Part shown: positions 48,305 through 56,353 of the stretch, piece after piece | Layout of the letters: every line of letters starts with the position of its first letter | Numbering within the stretch: position 1 is the first letter of the stretch | Assembly: GCA_014360065.1 (NCBI GenBank) | Contig: JACIYF010000002.1 | Location: 17,717 to 81,716 of the forward strand | Source: Clostridia bacterium | GTDB taxonomy: Bacteria; Bacillota; DSM-521; Neomoorellales; JACIYF01 | Direction of reading: 5' to 3' | Length of the DNA: 64,000 nucleotides | Notes under the pieces: model-generated | The model's database searches: none | What the model was told of the DNA's origin: nothing | Seen by the model: only the letters and a program-made list of their open reading frames with translations | Translations under genes and position numbers: made by a program

Positions 48305-49273
48305 TCACGCTACTCCTGGCCTGCCCACGGGATGAGCTGCCCGCTGGTTGAGCCGCTCAAAAATGGCTTTGAGCCGCTCGGGACCGCTAATGTGAGCTTT
48401 GAAGGCCAGGCGGTTTTCCGGGACGCCCAAGGCCAAACCCACCAGCTGGGCTAAGTGCACCACCGGCAGGTGGAAGTCGGTCCCTTCCCGGTAGTTCAAC
48501 TGCTGCTGCATCCGATCCAATTGGCTGTGGCAATAAGGGCAAATCACCACCACCATGTCCGCGCCTGAATCCTTGAGGCTGTTCAATTTACTCCGGCTGT
48601 GGTTCAGAGAATACTCCTTGAAATTGATGACCTGGGTAAAGCCAGTGCCACAGCATTCCCGGTTGGCGGGGTAGGAGGCCACTTCCCCACCCATAATTTC
48701 AATTAATTCCTCCAAAAAAGTAGGGTAATTAGCATCATCGATGGCTACGTACTTGCCGCCGCTAAGGTAATGGCAGCCGTAGTGGGTAGCGATCCTAAAG
48801 CCCGTAAGCGGGCGACGAACTTTTTCGGCAATCCGGTCCTTTAAGCGGTAAGCCATTTCCGCAAAATGAAATACCTTGCTAGTGCCCTTATACTCGTGCC
48901 CCATCATGTGCAGCATCATGTTGACGCTGGCCCGCGGTTCCGGATTGTGGTTGAGGAAATGACCAAACTCAGTGAGGAAAGTCCAACAACCATTGCAGAC
49001 CGCCACTATATCTAGCCCTTGCTCTTCCGCCAAGGCAATGTTTCTGGCCACCGCCGGCATGGAAGCGGTAGGCGGGGCCACATTGGCAAAGGTAACGAAA
49101 CCGCCGCAACAGGTCTGGTCATCGGTTTCGTAAGTATCCACGCCCAACTGGTGCAGCACATCCACAGCGCTAGCCTCAATTCCCGGATACTTATTGCTGG
49201 CCACGCAGCTACGGAAAAAGAATATTTTCTCAGGGATGGGGATGGCGGCAATCTTATCAGATCTTACGGGCAA
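48305..49273 (-). CDS. hdrB1: HdrB-like subunit (two CCG domains), first copy.
   Basis: FFFRSCVASNKYPG...DDQTCCGGF...ECCGTGF...CPYCH. TTG start overlapping the hdrC1 stop by 17 nt. Confidence 0.75.
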   Translation of the reverse strand: MPVRSDKIAAIPIPEKIFFFRSCVASNKYPGIEASAVDVLHQLGVDTYETDDQTCCGGFVTFANVAPPTASMPAVARNIALAEEQGLDIVAVCNGCWTFLTEFGHFLNHNPEPRASVNMMLHMMGHEYKGTSKVFHFAEMAYRLKDRIAEKVRRPLTGFRIATHYGCHYLSGGKYVAIDDANYPTFLEELIEIMGGEVASYPANRECCGTGFTQVINFKEYSLNHSRSKLNSLKDSGADMVVVICPYCHSQLDRMQQQLNYREGTDFHLPVVHLAQLVGLALGVPENRLAFKAHISGPERLKAIFERLNQRAAHPVGRPGVA

Positions 49274-49970
49274 CTACTTCACCCCCCGGAACTCCATAGT
49301 TGAAGAAGCGGTTCTTGGTAGCCACTTTTCCGACCTTCCTGGGCACCACTTTCTCCCGGCACTTCCTCTCCACCTCAGGAGTACAAACAGCGCACTCCTG
49401 CTTTTCTACCCCACCTATGGACTTGATGAAAGCAGTCATGCCGGATAGATCAGAAATCAAATTGATCTCGGCCAAGGCCCGCTCGGATACCCGCCGTTGC
49501 CTCGGCAGGCCCGCTTCCTCACGAATGCTAGCGATATCCCCACGGTGTTCCTGGATATAGGGGTTGCGCTCATGAGTGTTGACAGTAATACCGTTTACTA
49601 GGTAATCCTTTTCCGCGTAAGCTTCCAGCCGCTTTACGTCCTCCCAGCCATAGCCCTCGCTCATGGCCGCCAGCCGGAGCATAAACACGAAAAAGGGGAA
49701 ATTGATGTCCATGGGACAAGCCGCGTAGCAACCGCTGCAGAAAAAGCATTGCCATAGCTCAACGCTGGAAAGCAAGCGCTTGATGTTACCAAAAACTAGA
49801 TCGCGGATGAGCTTTCTGGGGTTGTAGCTGGGGGTGACTGCTGCCGCTGGGCATTGGCCGGTGCATTTGCCGCATTGGATACACTTTTCCGCCTCGTTTA
49901 CAAAACCCATGGCAATAGGCTTCCAGCGCTCGTAGAATTCAGGATCCCAATCCTTTACTTCCTCTAACAA
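49257..49970 (-). CDS. hdrC1: HdrC-like 2x[4Fe-4S] subunit, first copy.
   Basis: CIQCGKCTGQCP and CFFCSGCYAACP. TTG start after AAGGAGG. Confidence 0.7.
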   Translation of the reverse strand: MLEEVKDWDPEFYERWKPIAMGFVNEAEKCIQCGKCTGQCPAAAVTPSYNPRKLIRDLVFGNIKRLLSSVELWQCFFCSGCYAACPMDINFPFFVFMLRLAAMSEGYGWEDVKRLEAYAEKDYLVNGITVNTHERNPYIQEHRGDIASIREEAGLPRQRRVSERALAEINLISDLSGMTAFIKSIGGVEKQECAVCTPEVERKCREKVVPRKVGKVATKNRFFNYGVPGGEVVARKI

Positions 49971-50019
49971 TGGCAGTACCTCCTTTGGGGCTAACCGGAG
50001 CTGACTTCACGCAAACCGG

Positions 50020-50265
50020 TTAGCTAGCCTTCTTCTCTCCCAAGCCCAAAGCCTTCTTGATCATCGGGGTCATCTCGGGCGCAAAGCGCACCAGGTCGCG
50101 GCGGCAATCTGAGCCCTTGAGCGCAAATTTCACCATACCCGGCATCATCTTCACCATCCGGCCCAGGGGCATCTCCAAGCTGAAGAGCTGGGTGAAGAAA
50201 CCTAGCACCTGCTCCCCCACCTGTTTGCCCGACCGCGATCCATAGCTCTTTAGGTAATCGCTCAT
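50020..50265 (-). CDS. Small hypothetical protein (81 aa), first gene of the hdr-like cluster.
   Basis: ATG at 50265 preceded by GAGGAGGTGAGGAGA. The product looks helical with no recognisable motif (no TusA CPxP, no lipoyl-Lys motif). Confidence 0.45.
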   Translation of the reverse strand: MSDYLKSYGSRSGKQVGEQVLGFFTQLFSLEMPLGRMVKMMPGMVKFALKGSDCRRDLVRFAPEMTPMIKKALGLGEKKAS

Positions 50266-50374
50266 TCTCCTCACCTCCTCGAAACAAACCTTTTACTTCC
50301 ACCACCAGCCCTGGCCCCTACCCTTGCGAACCTCGGTAGGGTTAGGTGGACAGGGACCGGCTTCCGCAAATTGT

Positions 50375-50403
50375 CTTATACTGTTATGAATATATGCTCA
50401 CAA
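50375..50403 (-). promoter_or_regulatory. Putative sigma-A promoter of the hdr-like cluster.
   Basis: Minus strand reads TTGTGA-17 nt-TATAAG in the AT-rich gap. The -35 overlaps one of two direct repeats GCTCACAA(A)TTG (50396-50406 and 50422-50433). Confidence 0.35.
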
Positions 50404-50432
50404 TTGTATTAGCGAAACAAGGCTCACAAATT

Positions 50433-50466
50433 GAGGCCAGGAGAAAAGGATTGGGCTCCTGGCCTC
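50433..50466 (-). terminator. Hairpin downstream of terC (possible terminator, weak U-tract).
   Basis: GAGGCCAGGAG-N12-CTCCTGGCCTC is a perfect 11-bp stem. The minus strand follows it with AATTTGTG. Confidence 0.4.
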
Positions 50467-50599
50467 ATGAAACCTCTGTGAAAAATGGAACGTTGTCTTT
50501 CCTACTTAACTTCGAATTCTTTTTGCTGATATTGTATATCGCATAAAAGCCAACTGCAACCCTTTTAGCAAAATTTTTTGGTTTCTCGGCGATGGTTCA

Positions 50600-51334
50600 T
50601 CATTGGTGGCTGCCGCTGCTCGCCGCTGATCGGCCAGAGCCAGCGGTGGCGGCAGTCTCTACCGCTCCCGATTGAATTCTAGCTTGCTGGTGGCGGTAAC
50701 GTCCCCAGGCCCAGATAAATACCAACCCTGCCGCGACCCAGGGTATGAGGGTTGCCGCCATGTGACCAGTATAGGCAGGCAGGTTGAGCCCTTTATCGTC
50801 AAAGAACATGGCGAAGGAAGTATGGGCTAACACCGCGCCGCCGACGAAGATGATGACCGGATAACGGTTCATTAAGGTGGCAAGCCAATTGCTCCCAGCC
50901 ACCAAGATGGGAATGCTTACTGCCAGTCCAAAAATAACCAAAAGAATGTTGCCGTGGGCAGCCCCAGCTACTCCCAACACGTTGTCAAAGGCCATAGACA
51001 AATCAGCTATGATGATAGTGCCCACAGCCGCCCAAAAGCGGGTGGCAGCGTTGACATGCTCATCCTCTTGGTTATCGCCAGAGATCAGCTTCCAGGTAAT
51101 CCAAACCAGGATTACCCCACCAACCGCATTGACATAGGGAATCCTGGTAAGCATAGTGGCCAGGATAGTAAGTAGCACCCTAAGAACGATGGCGCCCCCA
51201 GCGCCTATCAGCGCAGCTCTGCTTCTTTGCAGAGGAGGCAAATTGCGGATGGCCAGACCGATCACTGCTGCGTTGTCACCAGAAAGGGCAAGGTCGATGA
51301 TGGTTATGGAGAGAATAGCGCCGATTAAATGCAA
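50600..51334 (-). CDS. TerC/YjbE family integral membrane protein.
   Basis: DLALSGDNAAVIG...ADLSMAFDNVLGVAG motifs. TTG start after GGGAGG. Confidence 0.85.
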   Translation of the reverse strand: MHLIGAILSITIIDLALSGDNAAVIGLAIRNLPPLQRSRAALIGAGGAIVLRVLLTILATMLTRIPYVNAVGGVILVWITWKLISGDNQEDEHVNAATRFWAAVGTIIIADLSMAFDNVLGVAGAAHGNILLVIFGLAVSIPILVAGSNWLATLMNRYPVIIFVGGAVLAHTSFAMFFDDKGLNLPAYTGHMAATLIPWVAAGLVFIWAWGRYRHQQARIQSGAVETAATAGSGRSAASSGSHQ

Positions 51335-51551
51335 GAAAGGTACCTCCCTGTGGCTAAATATGGACGTTAATCAAATGTAGGCTCGCCTTTACTAGAAAAT
51401 CCACTGCTTGTCCAAAATGCTTTTGGATTACCCGTCTTAAACCAAAGTGGTCTCCGGAGTTAGTCCTTAAGCAGATCCCTGGCTACCTTTTACCCAACTG
51501 TAAAAGCAGCAGACGGGCTCGATGCTGATTATACTCCTCGGTTGCACAGAG

Positions 51552-51647
51552 TTAAAGGGGACAAGCGGTGAAACGGTGGGAACCTTGACATAGCCAGCTA
51601 TGGCCAGTGTGCTGGTAAGCCAGGATTCACCGACCGCTGTCTTTAAG
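51552..51647 (+). promoter_or_regulatory. Structured 5' leader: a long bulged closing helix enclosing two hairpins. It carries two yybP-ykoY-like sequence blocks, but class assignment is unconfirmed.
   Basis: TTAAAGGGGACAAGCGGTG...CCTTGACATAG[CCAG]CTATG-GCCAG[TGTG]CTGGT-AAGCCAGGA...CACCGACCGCTGTCTTTAA. Closing helix TTAAA/TTTAA plus GACA/TGTC plus GCGG/CCGC. It lies 28 nt before ATG 51676. Confidence 0.3.
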
Positions 51648-51675
51648 CGTAAAATACAGGCAGGAGTGGATAAGG

Positions 51676-52182
51676 ATGGCGCCGGAACCATCTTTAGATA
51701 AGAATAGAGGAAATAAAGACAGAGACTTAAGTCGGGACGAAATAGAAATCGTCATTAATGGCGTGACTATGCGGGTGCGCCGCCAAACCAGCTTACCCTG
51801 GCCTCACGAAGTCACGGCAGTCATCCCCCGGGCGGAGCTGCGCCAGCGTCGCTATCAAGATGGCCAGCTGGTTTCGGAAGATGAACTCATCCTTAATAGC
51901 ATCACCATCGTCCATGCCCCCAGGCACCCATTGGCCGGAGAGAAGCCGCCCGCACCCGCGCTGCCTGGCTCTCCAGGCGGATCTTTGCCCAGCCCCGGGC
52001 CTGGGCCTGGCTCGGGACCTGGACCTGGGCCCAGGACTAAGCCTGGACCTGGTCCTGGTCCGGGGCCTAAGCCGGCATCGGCAGCCCCAGTTGAACCCAG
52101 GCCTACACCAGCTCCTCGGTACCGGATCACTCTCCCTTGCCCCAGCCATCCCCGCCAGCGGCCGAAAGCCCCTGACACCTAA
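51676..52182 (+). CDS. Hypothetical soluble protein with a Pro/Gly-repeat C-terminal half.
   Basis: 168-aa ORF with an AGGAG RBS and an intrinsic terminator downstream. The tail contains PGPGPGSGPGPGPRTKPGPGPGPGPKP. No family recognised. Confidence 0.5.
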   Translation: MAPEPSLDKNRGNKDRDLSRDEIEIVINGVTMRVRRQTSLPWPHEVTAVIPRAELRQRRYQDGQLVSEDELILNSITIVHAPRHPLAGEKPPAPALPGSPGGSLPSPGPGPGSGPGPGPRTKPGPGPGPGPKPASAAPVEPRPTPAPRYRITLPCPSHPRQRPKAPDT

Positions 52183-52252
52183 GCCGGCTAAATCGCATAT
52201 ACATCTATCAGCAGTAAAGGGTAACGGGGCAATGGAGCCCCCTGAAGGCAAT

Positions 52253-52286
52253 GGCGCCTAACCTTTCGGTGGGGCGCCTTTTTGTT
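52253..52286 (+). terminator. Intrinsic terminator after the 168-aa ORF.
   Basis: GGCGCCTAACC-TTTC-GGTGGGGCGCC followed by TTTTTGTT. Confidence 0.7.
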
Positions 52287-52348
52287 CGCTTTCGCCACCA
52301 CCGCCGGTGGAGCTCATAACTGAGACGAGAGCAAGGGGGTAAGGCTTC

Positions 52349-53070
52349 ATGTGCGGAATTGCTGGCTGGGTGGACTGGGAAATCAACCTCAGTAAGGAGA
52401 CAAGAATCCTTGAGGCTATGAGTAAAGCCTTGGCCTGCCGGGGGCCCGACGCCTCCGGGATCTGGTTGTCACCCCATGCTGGCTTGGCCCATCGCCGTCT
52501 AACGGTAATCGATCCAGAAGGGGGAAGCCAGCCCATGATTGGCCAGCAAGGTGACCATGCCTTGGTCATTGTCTACAACGGAGAGCTCTATAATACCGAG
52601 GAATTGCGCCAGGAATTGCGGCTTAAGGGCCACCGCTTCTTCGGCTACAGCGACACCGAGGTGTTGCTCAAAGCCTATATGCAATGGGGAGCGGAGTGCC
52701 TGGAGCGCTTAAATGGAATCTTTGCTTTCGCAATCTGGGGTGAAAAGGATCAGACTAGGGAATTTTGCGGCAGGCGCTTAAAGGGGTACTGCCGCCGCAG
52801 GTTTTGGCCCGCCCCAAAAGCCCTTACCCCAAAACCCACCACCCTGAGTATCTCGAGGCAGTCCGAAACTGGTTACTTCACATTCTAAGTGACCCAACCT
52901 CCCCTTTGCAGGGGCTGGTAGATGGGCCGACTGTGCGCAGGTTGGCCTTATCCGGAGCCGATCAAATCAATCTGCCCTGGTACGGTCAACTCATGACTGG
53001 TCCACAACTGTTAGCCTATCTGATCCAAATCGACATTTGGTTGAGGGAATACCGGGTCAGCATCGGCTAA
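52349..53070 (+). pseudogene. asnB: Asparagine synthetase (glutamine-hydrolysing) remnant. The N-terminal GATase part is joined out of frame to the C-terminal roughly 100 aa; the synthetase core is deleted.
   Basis: ORF 52349..52888 starts MCGIAGWVDW...GIFAFAIWGEKDQT, then becomes nonsense. ORF 52765..53070 (another frame) is an AsnB C-terminus (LKGVLPPQVLARPKSPYP...). The junction is near 52750-52765. Confidence 0.75.
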
Positions 53071-53291
53071 ACTCCTAACCATCCCCGTGGGCCAAAAGAA
53101 GGGGGCGGAGCCAGCGACGGAACTAGCTGGGTAAAGAAAGCCAGGGAGTCCCCCGTGCCGCTCACAAGTAGCATCACCAAGGAAGAAAATAGCCCAGGTA
53201 ATAATGGGGGCTGGCATGGAGTGCTAGTTGGCTCCGCCGAGGATATGGAGCAAGGGGCCAGCACCGCAGGTGGCATGCGATAGCAACCGGT

Positions 53292-53320
53292 TTGTCAGCA
53301 ACCCAAGAATGTGCTAAAAT
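53292..53320 (+). promoter_or_regulatory. Sigma-A promoter of tRNA-Sec.
   Basis: TTGTCA-17 nt-TAAAAT with a TGC extended -10. The -10 ends 24 nt before the tRNA 5' end. Confidence 0.6.
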
Positions 53321-53344
53321 GGGCTCGCTGTTGGAGGAACTTGC

Positions 53345-53443
53345 GGGGGTGGATGGGTCCTGGTGGGTTCCCTGGACTTCAAATCCAGTGGCGCTCAGGC
53401 CACTCCTGGGCGCGGTGGGTTCGATTCCCACACACTCCCGCCA
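53345..53443 (+). tRNA. selC: tRNA-Sec (selenocysteine, anticodon UCA), 99 nt with encoded CCA.
   Basis: Hand fold: acceptor GGGGGTG(G)/(A)CACTCCC; 6-bp D-stem with a 4-nt loop (GGGTCC-TGGT-GGGTTC); anticodon arm CTGGA-CTTCAAA-TCCAG; 9-bp variable arm GCGCTCAGG-CCACT-CCTGGGCGC; T arm GTGGG-TTCGATT-CCCAC; G73-CCA. Confidence 0.8.
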
Positions 53444-53488
53444 AACGTTTTCAAGGGCAACAGTGCAGGGGCTCTAGGACTATTTTGG

Positions 53489-54694
53489 CTAGGCTTCTAG
53501 GAAGCGTTTGATTATGGGGGTAACTTTATTGGCTTCCAAAAGGAACGCGTCATGCCCGTATAATGAAGCCAGATTAAAGTAAATTACCGATTTGCCAGCT
53601 TTCTTTATAGCCCTGGCCAGTTGCTTAGTCTGAGCTGGCGGGTACAGCCAATCGGAAGAAAAGGACAGCAAAAGGAATTGGCTTTTTGCTCGGATGCACG
53701 CCCTTACCAGATCCCCTTCGCCCCAACTGGCGGCATCATAGTAGTCCATAGCTTTGGTTATGTAAAGGTAACTATTGGCATCAAAGCGCTCTACAAAGGA
53801 ACGCCCTTGGTGCTCTAAGTATCGCTCCACCTCAAAGTCAAGGTTAAAACCAAAGCTAGGCCCGCCTTTGTGGCAGTATCGCCGTCCAAATTTCCAGCCC
53901 ATGGATGTTTCCGAGAGATAAGTTATGTGTCCCAACATGCGGGCAATGGCCAGCCCCCTCTCAGGACCGCGCTCCCCGTAGTAGTCGCCTCCTCGAAAAC
54001 CGGGGTCATTGATTATGGCCTGCCGGGCCACCTGGTTAAAGGCGATGCCTTGGTCGCTAAGCCGAGCTGAGGAGGCGAGGATTATGACTTTTTGCACCCG
54101 CTCCGGGTACGCCAACGCCCACTCTAAGGCCTGTTGCCCTCCCAGCGAACCCCCCGCCACCGCCCACAGCCTTTCGATCCCCAGGTGGGAGACGAGCCGT
54201 TCCTGGAGGCGCACCCAGTCGCCCACTGTAACCACGGGAAAGCGCAGCCCATACGGCCTGCCGGTAGCTGGGTCGACTGATCCCGGCCCGGTAGTCCCGT
54301 AGCAGCCGCCCAAAACATTGGAGCAAATGACAAAGTATTTCCTGGTGTCAAAAGCCTTCCCCGGCCCCACCATGGAGTCCCACCAGCCCGGCCGGTCCAA
54401 CCGCCAAGGCCGGCCATATTCTCGAGCACTGGCATCCCAGCCAGCGACATGGGCGTCTCCCGACAGGGCATGGAGAATAAGAATGGCATTGCTAGCATCT
54501 TGGTTTAGCTGGCCGTAGGTCTCGTATTCAACTTCCACCGGAGCAAGGCTCCCTCCACCCTCCAGCGGCAAGGGGTTAGTAGCATCGGCCAACTGCACCC
54601 TCTGGGGAAAAGTCCACCCTACCGAGCCAGGTGAATCCGGAACCTCAAATCTCGATGACTTTTTAGCCGGAAGCAAGTTCAAAGGGTCGCTCAT
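53489..54694 (-). CDS. metX: Homoserine O-acetyltransferase.
   Basis: 401-aa alpha/beta hydrolase ([13 protein letters not shown] nucleophile elbow). It overlaps the metY stop by 4 nt. Confidence 0.9.
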   Translation of the reverse strand: MSDPLNLLPAKKSSRFEVPDSPGSVGWTFPQRVQLADATNPLPLEGGGSLAPVEVEYETYGQLNQDASNAILILHALSGDAHVAGWDASAREYGRPWRLDRPGWWDSMVGPGKAFDTRKYFVICSNVLGGCYGTTGPGSVDPATGRPYGLRFPVVTVGDWVRLQERLVSHLGIERLWAVAGGSLGGQQALEWALAYPERVQKVIILASSARLSDQGIAFNQVARQAIINDPGFRGGDYYGERGPERGLAIARMLGHITYLSETSMGWKFGRRYCHKGGPSFGFNLDFEVERYLEHQGRSFVERFDANSYLYITKAMDYYDAASWGEGDLVRACIRAKSQFLLLSFSSDWLYPPAQTKQLARAIKKAGKSVIYFNLASLYGHDAFLLEANKVTPIIKRFLEA

Positions 54695-56010
54695 CGGGTT
54701 CCCTCCTGTTGGCTAGCCGCAATCGCTTGGTCCAGGTCAGCGATGATGTCCTCAACTTCTTCTAGGCCAACCGACAACCTGATATAATCGTCAGTTACTC
54801 CGGCTGATAACCGTTCCTCCTGACTCAACTGCTGGTGGGTAGTGGAAGCCGGGTGGATGATCAGGCTCTTGGCGTCGCCAATATTGGCCAGATGTGAAAT
54901 TAGCTTAACCGATCGGATCAGCTTCACCGCCGCCTGGTACCCGCCCCGGATCCCAAAGCCAATGATGGCCCCTTGACCCCGAGGCAAGTAGCGCTTGGCT
55001 CGCCCGTAGTCGGGATGATTGGGTAAGCCAGGGTAGTTGACCCAGGACACCTCCGGGTGCCCCGCCAACCACTCTGCCACCGCTTGGGCATTCTGACAAT
55101 GGCGCTGCATCCTCAGGGGAAGGGTTTCTATCCCCTGCAGGAAAAGAAAGGCATTGAAGGGTGAAAGGGCAGGGCCCAGATCCCGAAGCAGCTGGACTCT
55201 GGCCTTGACAATATAGGCAGTACTTAGCTTTGCATCGGCGGCCTTGGCCCCAAACAGCTCCCAGTAACAAAGGTTGTGGTAGGATGGGTCGGGCTCGGAT
55301 AGCTCCGGGAACTTGCCGTTATCCCAGTTAAAGCGTCCTGACTCCACTATGGCCCCGCCAATGGAAGTGCCGTGACCATTTATAAACTTGGTTAGCGAGT
55401 GGACGACAACATCGGCACCGTGCTCAAAGGGCCGCAATAAGTAAGGTGTAGTGACGGTGTTGTCCACGATCAAGGGAATCCCGTGCCGGTGGGCAACGGC
55501 AGCAATTGCCTCAAAGTCATCCACGTTATTCTTGGGGTTGCCAATGGACTCCAAGTAAACCAGCCGGGTCCGGCCGTCGATGGCAGCTTCGATATGGCCG
55601 GGGTCAGAGGAGTCCACAAAGCGAACCTCAATACCTAGACGAGCTAGGGTATAGTGAAAAAGATTATAGGTCCCCCCATAGAGGCAGCTGCTGCTGACGA
55701 TGTTTTGGCCCGCTCGAGTTATGTTTAGGACCGCCAAGGTTATGGCCGCCTGCCCCGAGGCTACCGCCAAAGCCGCGCTTCCCCCTTCCAGGGCAGCCAA
55801 TCGCTTTTCCAAGACTTCGGTGGTGGGATTGGCGATGCGGGCATAGACGTAGCCCGGCTGCTCGAGGGCAAATTGGGCTGCTGCTTCCTCAGCGGTATCA
55901 AAGACATAGGAGCTGGTTTGGTAGATGGGCACCGAGCGAGCTTTGGTCAAAGGATCCGGCACCTGCCCGGCATGGATGGATAAGGTTGAAAAGCGTTGGG
56001 CATTAGTCAT
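54691..56010 (-). CDS. metY: O-acetylhomoserine sulfhydrylase (PLP-dependent).
   Basis: 439-aa ORF with a Cys/Met-metabolism PLP fold ([10 protein letters not shown] with the PLP Lys). Confidence 0.9.
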   Translation of the reverse strand: MTNAQRFSTLSIHAGQVPDPLTKARSVPIYQTSSYVFDTAEEAAAQFALEQPGYVYARIANPTTEVLEKRLAALEGGSAALAVASGQAAITLAVLNITRAGQNIVSSSCLYGGTYNLFHYTLARLGIEVRFVDSSDPGHIEAAIDGRTRLVYLESIGNPKNNVDDFEAIAAVAHRHGIPLIVDNTVTTPYLLRPFEHGADVVVHSLTKFINGHGTSIGGAIVESGRFNWDNGKFPELSEPDPSYHNLCYWELFGAKAADAKLSTAYIVKARVQLLRDLGPALSPFNAFLFLQGIETLPLRMQRHCQNAQAVAEWLAGHPEVSWVNYPGLPNHPDYGRAKRYLPRGQGAIIGFGIRGGYQAAVKLIRSVKLISHLANIGDAKSLIIHPASTTHQQLSQEERLSAGVTDDYIRLSVGLEEVEDIIADLDQAIAASQQEGTR

Positions 56011-56040
56011 TTTATCGTAGCCTCCTAGCAGACGATAATT

Positions 56041-56069
56041 AAAAACCCTCTTCGATAAGAAGAGGGTTT
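56041..56069 (-). terminator. Expression-platform terminator of the SAM riboswitch.
   Basis: Minus strand reads AAAACCCTCTTC-TTATC-GAAGAGGGTTTTT. The 5' arm can alternatively pair with the riboswitch P1 3' strand (AGATAAGAAGGGG). Confidence 0.8.
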
Positions 56070-56077
56070 TCAGCTTA

Positions 56078-56205
56078 GCCCCTTCTTATCTTTCCGGCCG
56101 TTGTTATCCAACGCCGGCAGGAGTTGGCACCTTTCAGGCGCTAGCCGCCTGGAGGTTGCCGAGGTTCATCGGGCCTTTCCCTCCCCTACTCTGGATAAGA
56201 AGTGA
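56078..56205 (-). promoter_or_regulatory. SAM-I (S-box) riboswitch controlling metY-metX.
   Basis: Minus strand reads TTCTTATCCAGAGTAGGGGAGGGAAAGGCCCGATGAACCTCGGCAACC...GGTGCCAACTCCTGCCGG...GGAAAGATAAGAAGG. This matches the S-box consensus blocks (CTTATC.AGAG.GG.GGAGGGA..GGCCC.ATGAA.CC.GCAACC / GGTGC.AA.TCC / AGATAAG). Confidence 0.9.
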
Positions 56206-56267
56206 TGCAACTTGGTATGCAGTTGGTTTAGTACGACAATTCCGAGTGAGTTGATAAGATTTTAAGT

Positions 56268-56297
56268 CATTATAGACTCCCCATCTTTACTTGTCAA
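56268..56297 (-). promoter_or_regulatory. Sigma-A promoter of the SAM riboswitch and met operon.
   Basis: Minus strand reads TTGACA-18 nt-TATAAT; both hexamers are consensus. Confidence 0.7.
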
Positions 56298-56353
56298 CAG
56301 TTATTTGGCTTCGGTACATTTTGGGCTGCCTTGATGTTCAATCGTCATTGATA

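Noticed and set aside
51335-51520. Canonical yybP-ykoY riboswitch on the minus strand directly regulating terC.
   Set aside because: Only a P1-like pairing (AAAGGTA/TACCTTT) and weak GGAGA / TTGGACAAGC resemblances are present. The best-conserved blocks occur on the opposite strand instead. I kept it as an open question in the findings rather than as a feature.
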